From: a virus | DNA length: 64,000 bases | IMG/VR virus record: IMGVR_UViG_3300037346_000623 | Coordinates: 32,001 to 96,000 of that record | Strand: one strand, 5' to 3' | Shown: piece by piece, positions 52,132 through 61,672 of the stretch | Numbering within the stretch: position 1 is the first letter of the stretch | Layout: each line of letters begins with the position of its first letter | Made by a program: the position numbers and the translations under genes | The notes under the pieces: model-generated | Database searches by the model: none | Told to the model about the DNA's origin: nothing | What the model saw: the letters and a program-made list of their open reading frames with translations, nothing else

Positions 52132-52797
52132 TTAAAATATTATTTTTGCGTTTGCGTATATTCTAACTGCAGTTGGTGCAGTTGCCCACGGCGGAGACGG
52201 CGTGGTCCAAACTAAGTGTATTAAATTTCCAGAATTAACTACAAGTGGCGTGTTCAATATATAATTAGTCCATATTCCATTAGTGCTATTTGTTTGAACT
52301 GCATTCGATACGACACTAGTTATTCCGGTAGTTACGTTGCCGATTGAAAAAGTACTAAACTCACCTGAACCTGTAGTTGTAGCTGGGTAACGTAAAATAG
52401 AAACTTCTGTTAATGTGCCTGTAACTTGAACTTGTATTTGTCGATACTGTACTGGTGTTATTGCTGGGGGTAAATCAGTTACCCCTCCAATATAATAAGT
52501 ACTTCCCCCTGTATTTGCTGGTGATATTATACTTGCACCAAATCGTATAAAAGCATTTCTATTTCCTGTAACCCCTGGTCCGGTAGCTCCTTGTGGTCCG
52601 GTAGCACCTTGACTTCCAGTAGCACCTATAGATTCCGGATCAATCCAGAATGGTAAATAATTCCAAGGAGTAGCCCCGTCACCGATTTTAATTTTTCCTG
52701 TGTCTGTTTCGTAACCAAATTCCCCGCTTAATAGCGTTGGGTTATTTATTATCCATTTACCAGATGGATCCCTTCTTATCTGAACTCTAAATGCCAT
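52132..52797 (-). CDS. Collagen-like tail fibre protein with Mtd-N-type anchor domain
   Basis: MAFRVQIRRD...NPTLLSGEFGYETDTGKIKIGDG.TPW, then GAT/GPQ triplets. Confidence 0.75.
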   Translation of the reverse strand: MAFRVQIRRDPSGKWIINNPTLLSGEFGYETDTGKIKIGDGATPWNYLPFWIDPESIGATGSQGATGPQGATGPGVTGNRNAFIRFGASIISPANTGGSTYYIGGVTDLPPAITPVQYRQIQVQVTGTLTEVSILRYPATTTGSGEFSTFSIGNVTTGITSVVSNAVQTNSTNGIWTNYILNTPLVVNSGNLIHLVWTTPSPPWATAPTAVRIYANAKIIF

Positions 52798-52810
52798 TTT
52801 TCTTTTTTTT

Positions 52811-53440
<630 letters not shown>

Positions 53441-53487
53441 TTTGGTTTGATTTTTTTACTTCTTTGTATATATTTAATTATTACGCC

Positions 53488-54294
53488 TTAATTTCTTCTG
53501 GCTGCTAATACTTTATTGTAATCCATTCTTATCTTATTTACTGATAATATATCTTTTATCTGAACATCACTTTCATTATACCATTTTTTATATTCTGTAT
53601 CAGATTCAATTGGATCGTAATTCATCTTATATGGTTGATCATCAACGTCTATTAATTCGTTTTTGCTGTATGTTTTATAATCAACTATTAGCTCTATTGT
53701 CGTGTTGCCAGTCTTTCGAATCCAATCTTTATAAAATTGCACGAATTCTCTTATACCTGTAACTAAATCTATACACCCAATGGATCCTGGTAAACTTCCG
53801 CCGTGTAGAAAAAATCCACTTCTACCGAGAGTATTTGTTCCTTTCTGTGGGATTATTGCAAATCTAAAATTTCCCCAAGCTATTCTGGATGGATCTGTTA
53901 TCTCTTTGAAGTTATCGCTGCTTAGTGTTACCTCGTTATCGGGAAGGAGAAAAACAGTCTGCTTAGCTAATGTCAATTTTACAAAATTTTCATCGTTTCT
54001 CCATCTTGCATTAAGATCTCTTTCCTCAGTTGGGTCTAATTTATATTTTCCCTGTGGTATTGGACCTTCAGCTTTTATTTTTGACCATTCGACAGGAGAC
54101 ATGTTATATCTTCTCATCCACGAATCTGGCTTAACATACCATTGGTAATAGCTTCTTCCCGAACATGCTTTCCATGATTTGATGACTCTACCGTTCTCTA
54201 TGAAATCTAATTTATTTCCATTGAACAATAGATGAGCTGAATCCTGAGATTCTGCTTCATTAATAAATACTTTAAAGTTTAATATATTTTGCAT
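53488..54294 (-). CDS. DUF2778/Tlde1-like L,D-transpeptidase-fold protein
   Basis: ACSG, GPIPQGKY, GRSGFFLHGG..PGSIGCI (HxxxxxxSxGC). Confidence 0.75.
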   Translation of the reverse strand: MQNILNFKVFINEAESQDSAHLLFNGNKLDFIENGRVIKSWKACSGRSYYQWYVKPDSWMRRYNMSPVEWSKIKAEGPIPQGKYKLDPTEERDLNARWRNDENFVKLTLAKQTVFLLPDNEVTLSSDNFKEITDPSRIAWGNFRFAIIPQKGTNTLGRSGFFLHGGSLPGSIGCIDLVTGIREFVQFYKDWIRKTGNTTIELIVDYKTYSKNELIDVDDQPYKMNYDPIESDTEYKKWYNESDVQIKDILSVNKIRMDYNKVLAARRN

Positions 54295-54366
54295 TTATAG
54301 GCTTGTTTATAATCGAATACGACAAGCTATATATTCAAAAAGTATCCAACTATTTTCACTATAAAC

Positions 54367-54400
54367 AAAAAAACCCAGATATTGATATCTGGGTTTTTTT
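54367..54400. terminator. Intrinsic terminator
   Basis: AAAAAAACCCAGATAT-TG-ATATCTGGGTTTTTTT. Confidence 0.8.
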
Positions 54401-54414
54401 AACTATTGTGATTG

Positions 54415-54744
54415 TTATTTCTGTTTTTTAAGAATAGCTGCTTGTAATGCTTTTGGTAGAGTTTTTTGTTTAGCACTTAGTCCTTTTTTTGGTGTTTTTA
54501 TTGTATCACCATCATTTTCTTTTTTATCTGCTGCTGCTTTTTTCATGGATTCTTCCTTGTCTCCGTCTTTATCCAGATCAAGAAAATCAGGTTTTGCTTT
54601 GCTTTTTGATTTATCCACTGATTTAGCTTCTCTCTTAGCTTTCTGTTTATCCAGATAAGCCTTAAATCCTGCATTCATTTTTTCAGTTAGGATATTTTCT
54701 GATTCTCCACCAGAGAAGCTTTCGAATGTTTCTATATTTTTCAT
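54415..54744 (-). CDS. Small basic head-associated protein (likely start MKNIETFESF)
   Basis: KPDFLDLDKDGDKEESMKKAA EF-hand-like motif; GATATATA at 54768. Confidence 0.6.
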   Translation of the reverse strand: MKNIETFESFSGGESENILTEKMNAGFKAYLDKQKAKREAKSVDKSKSKAKPDFLDLDKDGDKEESMKKAAADKKENDGDTIKTPKKGLSAKQKTLPKALQAAILKKQK

Positions 54745-54919
54745 ATTTGAATTATTTTTATCTATTCTATATATCAAAAAATTAAAAAAAAACATAAAAA
54801 AAACGATAGATTTTTAAACTATCGTTTTTTAAATATACTGGACTATTCTGTACGCCCTTTAACCCAACTAGTTAACATCATTGGTACTCCCTGTTAATTC
54901 AGACCGAGTATATTTTTAG

Positions 54920-54989
54920 TAGCGTAACGTGGACTCGAACCACCCCCCAAGCTTATGAGACTTAGATGCAACCTTTACACTTTAACGCA
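54920..54989 (-). tRNA. tRNA-Met(CAT), atypical/initiator-like
   Basis: TAAGT-CTCATAA-GCTTG anticodon arm, GGTTCGAGTCC T-loop. 1:72 and other stem mismatches. Confidence 0.55.
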
Positions 54990-54999
54990 ATATTTATTG

Positions 55000-55071
55000 T
55001 AGCCCGTAGGGGAGTCGAACCCCTCTTTCCAGGATGAAAACCTGACGATCTAACCGATAGTCGAACGGGCC
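55000..55071 (-). tRNA. tRNA-Glu(TTC)
   Basis: GGCCCGT/ACGGGCT acceptor, TCAGG-TTTTCAT-CCTGG, GGTTCGACTCC. Confidence 0.9.
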
Positions 55072-55339
55072 GGTTAAGAAATAATGATGGAGTACCCATT
55101 TCGCTCCATTCTTAAGTGCTTCCTCAGTTTTACTGTGCACAGGCACTGTCCTTTGCAGGGGGTGATGAATTTCTTAATCTGTTCATGATGTCGACATCAA
55201 TGTGCAGGAAATCCCATTATTTCTAGATTCCTATTTTATTGCCAGTTCTTGATGCTTTTCTGTATTTAGATAAGCTGTTCTATTGTTTCTGTAAGTCTAT
55301 TCGCTATAAATAGCGGACTGTTTGGAATAAAATAAAATG

Positions 55340-55413
55340 TGGTCCCTGTAGGGCTTGAACCTACGACCCCCTGATTATGAGTCAGGTGCTCTAACCAACT
55401 GAGCTAAGAGACC
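55340..55413 (-). tRNA. tRNA-Ile2/Met(CAT)
   Basis: GGTCTCT/AGGGACC acceptor, CCTGA-CTCATAA-TCAGG; body resembles bacterial Ile2. Confidence 0.85.
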
Positions 55414-55665
55414 GATAATTAAAAAAAGAAATACCCAAACCACTTTCACATCCCTTTACTCTTTGGTTTACCAGTCTTGCGAACTGTGCTGGTCTAATCT
55501 CATTTCTGTGATTAAAGCGGTCTATTGCGTCAGGGTATGGCAACCAATAGGCTTGAACCTCTCCAAAAATATTTCTTTTTAATTCTTTATGTTAATGAAC
55601 GTTGTTTCTTTGTTTATTATTATATTGCAAAAGTATGATATTCTTTCGGGATAAAAAAATTATTT

Positions 55666-56319
55666 TTAATATTTTTTTGAATTTTTTATTCTTCCTCTTT
55701 TCCATCACTTCACTATTTCTGTGTTGTTGCTAATCTTTTTTTCCGTTAATTCATTATTTACCCAAATTGTTTCAAATTGTGAATTTTTTTCTCCTAATCA
55801 GTGTCACTTTTTGGAATCTTTCATATTATAAATAGTTTCCTGTGTATGATTTCTTCCTAGAAATGTTTTTTTATCATATCTATCGAATTATACTGATTCG
55901 TGTCTTTTCAACATTGATTTGGATGCTACAATTCTCAACTTTCCTTTAAAATCTTTATCTGATTTTAATTTTCTTTGTAATCCATCACTTCCAGATTTTT
56001 GCCAAATTAATTTATTGGTTTCTGTGCATCCACCTCCGCCTCCTGGCTGTAGATTCATACACATCGGATTGCTTAGAAGATTTTCGTTAGCTATTTCAGT
56101 CTCTTTGTTTTTTAGAGATTCCCTATCATCAAAATATTCCAATATTTCCTTGGCGTATAAATCCTTACCGTGTTTTCTTATAGAATTTCTAATTCTTTTC
56201 CCACTACCAAAATATACATCTTCGAGATTATCCGTCGAGTTCATACCTATATAATATTTACCATTCTTTGTGTTGGCTATCTTATAGATATAATGAAATT
56301 GTTTTTCTTTTCTTGCCAT
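55666..56319 (-). pseudogene. Decayed GIY-YIG (Seg-like) homing endonuclease with NUMOD3-type tail
   Basis: YIYKI...KYYIG...YFGSG. The same frame continues past TAA 55888: FLGRNHTQET..KK*H*LGEKNSQF...*WKRGR to TAA 55666. Confidence 0.85.
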
Positions 56320-56373
56320 TTCTATACTTTAATTTAGATTATATAATTAAATTAAAGTACGAAATCGCGCCGC

Positions 56374-56445
56374 CGGAACATCGGGATTCGAACCCGATTC
56401 GCACGCCGTGACAGGGCGGCATCCTTCGCCAGTGGACCTTGCTCC
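56374..56445 (-). tRNA. tRNA-Asp(GTC)
   Basis: GGAGCA/TGTTCC acceptor, CGCC-CTGTCAC-GGCG, GGTTCGAATCC. Confidence 0.8.
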
Positions 56446-56455
56446 GTTTATTTTG

Positions 56456-56545
56456 CGGAGGATGAGGGGCTCGAACCCTCGCGACCTATCACTAGATCCT
56501 ATCTGTTTAGCAAACAGACCTCTTCACCAACTTGAGTAACCCTCC
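56456..56545 (-). tRNA. tRNA-Ser(GCT)
   Basis: GGAGGGT/ATCCTCC-G, TCTGT-TTGCTAA-ACAGA, long variable arm. Confidence 0.9.
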
Positions 56546-56552
56546 TTTTCTG

Positions 56553-56637
56553 TACTCCTAGCCAGACTCGAACTGGCACGCCCCTTCCGGGACACAAGAT
56601 TTTAAGTCTTGGGTGTCTACCATTCCACCATAGGAGC
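56553..56637 (-). tRNA. tRNA-Leu(TAA)
   Basis: GCTCCTA/TAGGAGT-A, CAAGA-CTTAAAA-TCTTG, long variable arm. Confidence 0.9.
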
Positions 56638-56645
56638 ATTTTTTG

Positions 56646-56720
56646 GGTGACTGATGGGGTTTGAACCCATGACCTCCTGAACCACAATCAGGCGTTCTAA
56701 CCAGCTGAACTACAGCCACC
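56646..56720 (-). tRNA. tRNA-His(GTG)
   Basis: G-1 GTGGCTG/CAGTCAC-C, CCTGA-TTGTGGT-TCAGG. Confidence 0.9.
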
Positions 56721-56775
56721 ATGTTGCGATCTATGAGGCCAGATCGCCAGCCAGTGCCTTCTCCCTGGGGAGATG

Positions 56776-57213
56776 CTATTTGCTTGATTCTATAAATTCT
56801 CTTTCAGTTACTTTTTTTATTGGTGTAAATAAAGCGAATCCATCGTCGTCTTCGAAGTGATTACATTTATCGATGAAATAGTTATTCATCTTAAATCTCC
56901 AATACTCGAAGACGTTCATAGCTTCATTCCATCTCCCAATTTTACCTCTTCTATGATCGCCGAGATAGAAAGCTCCATCTTCAAGTTCATTCTTAGGTAT
57001 TGCACCAGCTTTGATGAGTCTCGGTATATAATATTCAAGATATTCTTTTTCACAAACCCTAGGTATTTCTGGTACATCTTGAGGTGTTTTGAAAGGTTTA
57101 AGATTGTCCCATCTTTTTCTTCTAATTTCCTCAAAATTTCTTCGATCGATTTCTCTTTTTTCTTCAAGGAACCTTTTGATTTTTTCAATTTTTTCAATTT
57201 TTTCTTGTTCCAT
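56776..57213 (-). CDS. Hypothetical protein inside the tRNA array
   Basis: 145-aa ORF with GAIPK.EL.DG..Y.G..R and HFEDDDGF.LF.P motifs. Confidence 0.65.
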   Translation of the reverse strand: MEQEKIEKIEKIKRFLEEKREIDRRNFEEIRRKRWDNLKPFKTPQDVPEIPRVCEKEYLEYYIPRLIKAGAIPKNELEDGAFYLGDHRRGKIGRWNEAMNVFEYWRFKMNNYFIDKCNHFEDDDGFALFTPIKKVTEREFIESSK

Positions 57214-57232
57214 GATTGCTAATTTTTATTAG

Positions 57233-57315
57233 AGGTGCCTGTCAGATTCGAACTGACGCGAGATTTCTCTAGTGGTTTTGCAGACCACCCCTTTCAGCCA
57301 CTCAGGCAAGGCACC
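57233..57315 (-). tRNA. tRNA-Cys(GCA) with long variable arm
   Basis: GGTGCCT/AGGCACC-T, GTGGT-CTGCAAA-ACCAC, 14-nt variable region TAGAGAAATCTCGC. Confidence 0.85.
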
Positions 57316-57329
57316 ATGATTTATTTCCC

Positions 57330-57430
57330 TTTGTATTTCTACCGTTTCCTTTATTAGCACCTTTATATATGGGTAACTAAGTATTCAAATTTGTACAAAT
57401 CAATCTAAAATTACTTTTTGTATTATTTAT
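57330..57430 (-). pseudogene. Remnant of an HNH endonuclease C-terminus
   Basis: Translates NNTKSNFRLICTNLNT*LPIYKGANKGNGR, like the NN...NLRLLCPNCHSQ.PTYK..N.G.GR end of phage HNH proteins. Confidence 0.55.
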
Positions 57431-57460
57431 GGATTACTTATAACCATATTTGAACATTAG

Positions 57461-57533
57461 ATCCCAGAATCGGACTCGAACCGATAACTTCTAATTTACA
57501 AAATTAGTGCTCTGCCAATTGAGCTATCCGGGA
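57461..57533 (-). tRNA. tRNA-Thr(TGT)
   Basis: TCCCGGA/TCTGGGA, CTAAT-TTTGTAA-ATTAG, canonical D and T loops; unusual U1-A72. Confidence 0.8.
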
Positions 57534-57541
57534 ATATTTTG

Positions 57542-57627
57542 AGGAGAGAGGGAGGATCGAACTCCATGCAGTTACCCGCACCCGATGCTTTCCAGGCATG
57601 ACCTATCACCGTTTAGAATCACTCTCC
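57542..57627 (-). tRNA. tRNA-Ser(GGA)
   Basis: GGAGAG/CTCTCC, ATGC-CTGGAAA-GCAT, variable arm GTGCGG-GTAA-CTGCAT. Confidence 0.75.
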
Positions 57628-57741
57628 ATTGAGGGCTGACATATAGAATCCTTCCTATTTTCTGCGGTATAGGTACCATCATGGGCTCCGTTGACTGATT
57701 CGTCTTTATAACCCCATACGGAACAAGCAGGGTAACCAAAG

Positions 57742-57829
57742 CGGAGAGGGTGGGATTCGAACCCACGGGAGTAATGAGCTCACACTAGATTTCAAGTCTA
57801 GGCGCTTTTGACCACTTGCGCACCTCTCC
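57742..57829 (-). tRNA. tRNA-Ser(TGA)
   Basis: GGAGAGG/CCTCTCC-G, CTAGA-CTTGAAA-TCTAG, long variable region. Confidence 0.9.
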
Positions 57830-57860
57830 AATTTACTTTTACAATATTTCAATGAACAAT

Positions 57861-57893
57861 AAAAAAGGCCTCCTTTTTCGAGGAGACCTTTTT
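57861..57893 (-). terminator. Attenuator-type terminator in front of the tRNA array
   Basis: AGGTCTCCT-CGAAAA-AGGAGGCCT plus T-tract. The 5' arm TCTCCTC can alternatively pair with GAGGAGA at 57926-57932. Confidence 0.8.
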
Positions 57894-57916
57894 GATATTT
57901 ATTATGTTACTTAATA

Positions 57917-58009
57917 TCAATACTCTCTCCTCATTACAATAGACGATTCACAAGTTGAACTCGTGTGATCTAAATGTAATGTATCTAATATGTATTGTAT
58001 TTGTGACAT
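57917..58009 (-). CDS. 30-aa leader peptide MSQIQYILDTLHLDHTSSTCESSIVMRREY (putative attenuator leader)
   Basis: ATG 58009 preceded by A-rich AAATAAAAACA; TGA 57917; lies between the promoters (58030, 58060) and the terminator. Confidence 0.7.
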   Translation of the reverse strand: MSQIQYILDTLHLDHTSSTCESSIVMRREY

Positions 58010-58107
58010 TGTTTTTATTTTTATAGATTTATATATCTAATTGATTTTAATATTTTATGCAAATTTAAGGAAATGTTTCGAATAAAAAAAATTATTTTCA
58101 ATTTTTT

Positions 58108-59598
58108 TTAAATAAATTCAAAATTTCTGAAAGATTCTAAATAATCTAGACTATAGTTTTCCTTTAATTCCTTAATTTTCTTTGAATCTTTATCCCCTAC
58201 AATAGCAGGAACTGAATTGATTGTTTTTAACCCAACAGATACAGCTTTTGGAAATGGTCCCATAAGACCAGCTGAAGATAATTTATCAATTGTTTTTGAT
58301 ACTTTTGGGTATTCATCTGCTAAATCACCTATGAAATCTATCATTGGCTGAGCTATTGGTTTTATGTAAGTTTCTACTAATTTCTTAATAACTTCTAAAG
58401 CAGGTCCTAAGAAAGACTTAAGCGCATTAGCTATTATTTTAGCTGCAGGTGTAACTGCAGATTTTATGAAATTTGATATTGCTTTCGAGAATTTTTCGGG
58501 AAGTGATATAAGGAATTGAAACAATTCTGATATTTTCCCGCCAGCATAAATTATACCGTCAAATACCTTACCTAAAAGACCTTCACAGACCATCAGAAAT
58601 ATTATTGATATTGTTGTAGCTGCAAGAGCAGATCCACCTGACCCCATTATCGCACCGATGCTCTTTGCTGAATTTGTTCCCATTTTACCAACTAGTTTTG
58701 ATGCACCATGTGCTAGGAAATGCTCTGTGCCATGAGCAAATTGACCAGCGAATGTACCTGCCCATTTTTCGGAAGCTTTAAGTGCCGTTGTACTTGATGC
58801 TGCTATACCGGGTATCGCTGCTTTTGGTGCCATTATAACGTCATTTAGGCCTAATAATATAGAACATGAACCAGCTATTACTAATGGTGCTCCTGTGGCT
58901 AGACTTTTTTTAGCCTTTTCTAGTTTTTCCATTTCCATATCTGATAAATATGACCATGCTTTTTTCATTTTATATACGCCTATACCTGTCTCAATTGCAC
59001 CGGCTATTCCTAGTAGTACTGGCCCTAATATCTGACCAGCTGCTGGTATTAATGGGGTAACTGCTGCTGTCATCTGTAGTACTATTGCTACAGTTGTCCA
59101 AAAATTGGAACTAGTTGTTATTTCCTTTATGGCAGATACTATTCTTTTTGTAAATTTCCAAACCCTTTTTGCACCATCTGATATGCTATTCCATATATTT
59201 GCACTCTTGGATTTAACTAAATCTACTGCTGATTTAGCATTAGATTTAACTTTATCCCAAGCTGCTTCCATATCATCAATCATTCCTTCATTTATCGCTT
59301 GCATCGTATAATTATCTATTATAAATGCAGAACCATTTTTAAATAAAACTGTTCCTATATCGCTCTCAAGCATCAATATCTTCTCATCATCGTTGAACCA
59401 GTCTTTCTTATTCTCATAAAGCATTCCCAATTCATACATAGCATACGATTTTTCCAATAGCATCTCCTCCGATTCGGATTCAAATATCTTAGATTCAAAC
59501 ATATTAGAAAATTCTGTCAATGTTAGTTTCACCATTATGTCTTCACTTAACTTTCCAAAATTGCTTGATGAAAGAAATCCATCATATTTATTAATCAT
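58108..59598 (-). CDS. Hypothetical protein with extended hydrophobic/amphipathic helices (possible ejected membrane-interacting virion protein)
   Basis: 496 aa; acidic N-terminus with I/L-x-E sites; Gly/Ala-rich hydrophobic middle. Confidence 0.6.
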   Translation of the reverse strand: MINKYDGFLSSSNFGKLSEDIMVKLTLTEFSNMFESKIFESESEEMLLEKSYAMYELGMLYENKKDWFNDDEKILMLESDIGTVLFKNGSAFIIDNYTMQAINEGMIDDMEAAWDKVKSNAKSAVDLVKSKSANIWNSISDGAKRVWKFTKRIVSAIKEITTSSNFWTTVAIVLQMTAAVTPLIPAAGQILGPVLLGIAGAIETGIGVYKMKKAWSYLSDMEMEKLEKAKKSLATGAPLVIAGSCSILLGLNDVIMAPKAAIPGIAASSTTALKASEKWAGTFAGQFAHGTEHFLAHGASKLVGKMGTNSAKSIGAIMGSGGSALAATTISIIFLMVCEGLLGKVFDGIIYAGGKISELFQFLISLPEKFSKAISNFIKSAVTPAAKIIANALKSFLGPALEVIKKLVETYIKPIAQPMIDFIGDLADEYPKVSKTIDKLSSAGLMGPFPKAVSVGLKTINSVPAIVGDKDSKKIKELKENYSLDYLESFRNFEFI

Positions 59599-59681
59599 TT
59601 TATAAATTTTTCCTTTATATCAAAATTATAAACAACAAAAAAGCCATTCGTATGAATGGCTTTTATAATTTGATAATATTA

Positions 59682-61262
59682 TTAGATAATAATGGCTTCA
59701 ATTTCTCTTAAAATCGCTTTTGGATCAATCTCAGCTTTTTTAATCATCTCATAGATATCAGCAGAGTAACCAAAAAGTTGAACTAATTTGCTACCTGGTT
59801 TGAACATGGTTGTACCATATCCTTGAATATCTACTGTGTAGATGAAAGGCTCACCGTGTGCAGATTTGTAAGATTGGAAAGAACTGTTTGTAACGATTCT
59901 ATCACCACCTTGTAAATCTGATATGATGAAGATACGATCATATTTACCGCTTGTCTGTAAGGTTGAGAAGATTGAACCGAAGTCTGTACCGTGGCCAACT
60001 CTACCCTGTAAGCTTAAACATGTATTTTTTATTGTATTGATACTATCACCTGGGTTATATCTAATACCTTCGGCTGTTGATGCGAATTGATATAAATCAG
60101 CACCGATTCCTTTTGCTAATGTTGCTCCAATAAGAGCAGCTTTATCAATACAGTGTTTGTTTATAGATTTGCCGTTCATCGTAACACCATGTCCCATTCC
60201 GTGCATAGATCCGGATGTATCAATAACAACCGCTGTTCTACCATGCGAGAATAATTCAACTAAGTTTGGTATTGCTAATTCGTAAGCCCTATTCAGGGCA
60301 GTAACAAATGGTCTAGACGCAGAAGCACTAGTTTCTTGTAAAAGAATCTCCAAAGCAATATCTATTTGGTGAGGAAAAACCAAGGATTTCCTGATCAATT
60401 TCTCATCGATTAAAAGCTCACATGCACCGCTAACTAATTCAGAATTTGAACTTGTGTTTATGATGTTTCTTAAATTACGAAGCAATGCCAGGTAACCAAT
60501 TTTTCTGGTTTTAATCAATTCAGCATAGTTGCTTTCTTTAGTCTGTGTCAATTCAACCTCAGCTTGTGCTTTAGTGATTTCCCCAGATTTAACTTTTGCA
60601 GCAACATCTTGACCAGCTTTCGAGTTTTTATCCTCAACCGTATTGAACTGTTTTAATTTACCGGTCATAAGGTCCTTGAAAACCACTTCCATTTGTGGAG
60701 TTGTTGGCTTTGGACGAACCAGGTTAACAACATCAACAAGTGAAACTGCTTTTCCTTTACCTTGATATTTAGCTAATTCGTACGCATCTGCTGATTCTAA
60801 AGCTGCTTTGAAACCTTTCTTCATCGAATTAGGTAATGGCTTACCTGGGTTGAAGTGTTGATAAGCTGCGATAATCTCTAATACGTCATCTAAACGGTAT
60901 ATGATACCACCGGTTTTAGTATTCTTGTCTCTTTTGGAGAAGAATCTTCTGCCTATGGCAGAGCCAGATAGATGTTTAACTAATGATACGGATCCGAAGT
61001 GTGTTACCGATCTCTGACCAACAACTGTTCTAGCGTACACTAGGGCTTTAGCGACGAACTCTATATCTTTCTTGGATAATTCATCAATAAGTTGAATAAA
61101 TCTATTCTCTCTATCTGATAATTTTTCATAGTATGAATTGTCCAATCCAGTGGTAAGAATTGCGATTAATTCCAATTTTGGATCATACTTCACACCTGTT
61201 CCACCTTGGTGGTTTGTAACTGTCTCTACAGTTCTTTTTACTTTTTGATTGTAACGTGACAT
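59682..61262 (-). CDS. rsr: TROVE-domain Ro60/Rsr-like RNA-binding protein with C-terminal vWA domain
   Basis: TNHQGG, SYYE, ALVYAR, YELAKY, LVDVVNLVRPKP, GYLALLRNLRNI, VFPHQI, vWA MIDAS DTSGSM, GTD, IISD.Q. Confidence 0.9.
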   Translation of the reverse strand: MSRYNQKVKRTVETVTNHQGGTGVKYDPKLELIAILTTGLDNSYYEKLSDRENRFIQLIDELSKKDIEFVAKALVYARTVVGQRSVTHFGSVSLVKHLSGSAIGRRFFSKRDKNTKTGGIIYRLDDVLEIIAAYQHFNPGKPLPNSMKKGFKAALESADAYELAKYQGKGKAVSLVDVVNLVRPKPTTPQMEVVFKDLMTGKLKQFNTVEDKNSKAGQDVAAKVKSGEITKAQAEVELTQTKESNYAELIKTRKIGYLALLRNLRNIINTSSNSELVSGACELLIDEKLIRKSLVFPHQIDIALEILLQETSASASRPFVTALNRAYELAIPNLVELFSHGRTAVVIDTSGSMHGMGHGVTMNGKSINKHCIDKAALIGATLAKGIGADLYQFASTAEGIRYNPGDSINTIKNTCLSLQGRVGHGTDFGSIFSTLQTSGKYDRIFIISDLQGGDRIVTNSSFQSYKSAHGEPFIYTVDIQGYGTTMFKPGSKLVQLFGYSADIYEMIKKAEIDPKAILREIEAIII

Positions 61263-61285
61263 GATTATAAATGTTTATATTATAA

Positions 61286-61664
61286 AATTGAGTTATCTGA
61301 AAGATAAAGCATATAGACTATGTCAAATGCAAGATCAATGTCAAAGACCTTCCTCTATCGCAAAGGCAAGGACAAAAACTAAGTCTCTGATGTTAGCCAA
61401 TTATCTGCCTAGTGGTAAAGATTTCTCTTTCTCTATGGCTTTCAGTAACTTGTCTAACAATTGAGTTCTATCTCAGTTTTGTTTATTCTTATAGAAGAAG
61501 CGGAGTGATGAGAGTTCCCTGAGGATCCTCTCTAATTGCTGTATATGATTAATAGTCATTTATCTTATAAGATAATGGCTTGAAGCCATTAATAAAGGAC
61601 CTTATCTCTCCGAATCAAAGCATCAGGGGAATCGGCTTTTGCTTACCCCATCAGCACCTCAATT
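61286..61664 (-). ncRNA. Putative ~380-nt structured RNA between the 307-aa ORF and the TROVE gene
   Basis: Ends pair (AAATTGAG...CTCAATTT). Internal hairpins such as AATGGCT-TCA-AGCCATT and TATCTTATAAGATA. Raised GC; no credible ORF. Confidence 0.55.
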
Positions 61665-61672
61665 TATTTTTT

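Noticed and set aside
56499-57766. ORFs 56499..56687, 56916..57197 and 57572..57766
   Set aside because: They overlap clear tRNA genes or lie in an alternative frame of 56776..57213.
61261-61464. 67-aa plus-strand ORF upstream of TROVE
   Set aside because: It is opposite to the local transcription direction; its Q-x-Q/K-x-K pattern is just the antisense of the hexamer tracts in the putative ncRNA.
61286-61664. tmRNA, RNase P RNA or group I intron identity for the ~380-nt element
   Set aside because: No tRNA-Ala-like ends with a T-loop and CCA, no recognisable RNase P P4 motifs, and the flanking ORFs are complete, so there is no interrupted gene.
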